A stretch of 63,252 nucleotides of DNA, the filler included, from Folioceros fuciformis (Eukaryota): NCBI GenBank assembly GCA_049999805.1. It is 15 parts of 15 records of this genome, joined end to end, with 100 filler letters (N's around TTAATTAATTAA, not from the genome) between each part and the next. Parts side by side here need not be neighbours in the genome. Positions count along the whole stretch, not along the records: positions 61,705 to 63,252 come from JBNGIO010002236.1; 14 more parts are not named here. The stretch is one strand, 5' to 3'. A program made the position numbers and the translations under genes. The notes under the pieces were generated by a model. The model had not been told where the DNA came from. It saw nothing but the letters and a program-made list of their open reading frames with translations, and did no database searches. Numbering within the stretch: the stretch's first letter is position 1; every line of letters begins with the position of its first letter. Of the stretch, positions 61,605-63,252 are shown piece after piece.

Positions 61605-62353
61605 NNNNNNNNNNNNNNNNNNNNNNNNNNNNNNNNNNNNNNNNNNNNTTAATTAATTAANNNNNNNNNNNNNNNNNNNNNNNNNNNNNNNNNNNNNNNN
61701 NNNNGGGGGTGGTTGGTTGTCCTTGGCCTTTGGCGGAGAGGGGGGGGTACCAGGAGGTCTATATATGCACCCCCCCCTTAAACATAAGAAATAAGAAAGG
61801 GGCCTGGGAGAAGGTAGTTGTGTACTTAGGCTGGAAAATAGGGATGCTGTGACTCGGCGACAACAGGTAGCTGAAGTTCGACGACGATCACCGAAGGACA
61901 ACGCCGGTAGCCAAAGGGGCTACCGGTAGTCGAGCGACAACGGAGGTAGCCGAAGGGACAACGCCAGTTGCTGAAGGGAGACGACGGTTGCTGAAACCCT
62001 ACCTGCACCAGGAGGCTTGGAATAGCAATAATTGCAGCCAGAGTGACAGGAGGCAACCAGCATCCTTAGAGGGCAAAGAGTGGACAGCCAGGATGGGTCA
62101 GCCAGCAGCAGGAGTGAGGAAGGATTTGCCCAATCAGCAGCAAGGAGGGAGAGCCTGAAGATTTTGTGTGGCAGGGGGAGGTAGGCCAGAAGAATAAATA
62201 GGAGGAGAGAGAGTGGCGTTGAGATAAGCCAAGAGTGGTTGCATCTGAAAATAGTATTTAGATAAGATTTGGTAAGATGCTATTCTGACCTGGTGCCGCC
62301 TACCATTAAGAGCACTTTTTTTTAAAAGTTGACTATTTTAGAGCTAGACTTTA

Positions 62354-63252
62354 TGACGGGTTGTGGCTCCCGCTCTTGGAAACTCTGTACAAAAGGGGCC
62401 TATTGGTGCCTCGCTGATTAGCCAATGTTTGAGACCCCTCCCGGTTGAGATACCCTGCGCTGTCCATGGCGAGACTAGAGAGGTCTGGGTGAGGCAGTGA
62501 GTGCGAGACGCTCCTAGGGGTAGTTGAGGATTTCTGCTCCACAACTGAAAGTGAGGGGGACGAATCCACCGTTGCTGGAGTGGAAGGAGCACCTTCTTCC
62601 CTTATTCCCTGAACGGCCAGTTGTGTTTGCAGTGGAAAGTGAGGGGGACGAATCCACCGCTGCTGGAGTGGAGGGAGAGCTTCTCCTTCCCTTATTCCCT
62701 GAGTTGGTTGACTGCATTTTTAATCTGGAGTTGAAGAGAGTGTGAGTTGAGAAGGAGAAGGAGTGTGTGAGAGAAGAGAGTGTGTGGAGAAGAAGAAGTG
62801 TTGGAGAATGCATGAGAAGAGTGAGTAAGAAGAGGAGGAGAAGGAGGCTGAGGAGCTGGAGTGAGTTGAGAAGAAGAGAGTGAGGACTGATTTTTGTCTG
62901 TAGCTGAGAAGAGGGGGACGAATCCACCGCTGCTGGAGTGGAGGGAGATTTCCTCCTTCCTTATTCCTTGAACCATCAGCTGCGTGCTAAATTTGGTGAG
63001 GAGAGAGAGCTGGAAGACTGAAGAGAACCATGGAAGATTGCTGGAGGAGATTTGTTGAGAAATCGTTGAGAAATTGCTGGGTGATTGTTTGCTGAGGTTT
63101 GGACGAGATTGATGGGGAATTTCTTAGGAATCCCTGGATGTTTGTGGAGGACTGAGGAAGGCTATTGATGTTTCTGTAAGATTGCTGGAGACATTGTTGA
63201 AGAGTTGGAGAAAACGGCTGAGAAGATTGCAGGAGAATGGAGGAGGAATGCT
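62354..63252 (+). repeat. Long LTR-like repeat 5' part with three structured units (62553, 62641, 62911)
   Basis: TGACGGGTT start; same roughly 60-nt units as 45307-45872. Confidence 0.6.

Noticed and set aside
62553-62969. Canonical hammerhead or HDV ribozyme (retrozyme)
   Set aside because: The CUGANGA core and the HDV L3/P1.1 motif are absent; kept only as an unexplained structured motif.

Overview
Repeat-dominated land-plant nuclear DNA. A non-seed plant is likely given the PLS-class PPR, RNI-like LRR, CRE-like LINE and PHD-bearing Ty3 integrase (inference). The window is not contiguous: it is 15 unrelated contigs joined by 100-bp artificial linkers (N44-TTAATTAATTAA-N44). Most sequence is nested, decayed Ty1/copia LTR retrotransposons with very short LTRs (about 150-260 bp) and tRNA-iMet PBS. 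It also holds a Tnt1-like copia family, a Ty3/gypsy integrase ending in a PHD finger, a CRE-like non-LTR remnant, a Harbinger transposase and several tandem repeats. Host-gene material: an intron-containing LRR receptor-like gene, a PPR pseudogene, an NSF exon, an alpha-COP fragment and an RNI-like LRR ORF. Two observations stand out. First, at least five copia elements carry an extra, roughly 170-200-codon sense ORF (ORF0) between the PBS and gag; two diverged copies align at protein level, and one element also has a 3' antisense ORF. Second, a roughly 60-nt repeat unit in an LTR-like family folds into a three-way junction with compensatory changes and occurs in spaced arrays in two contigs.
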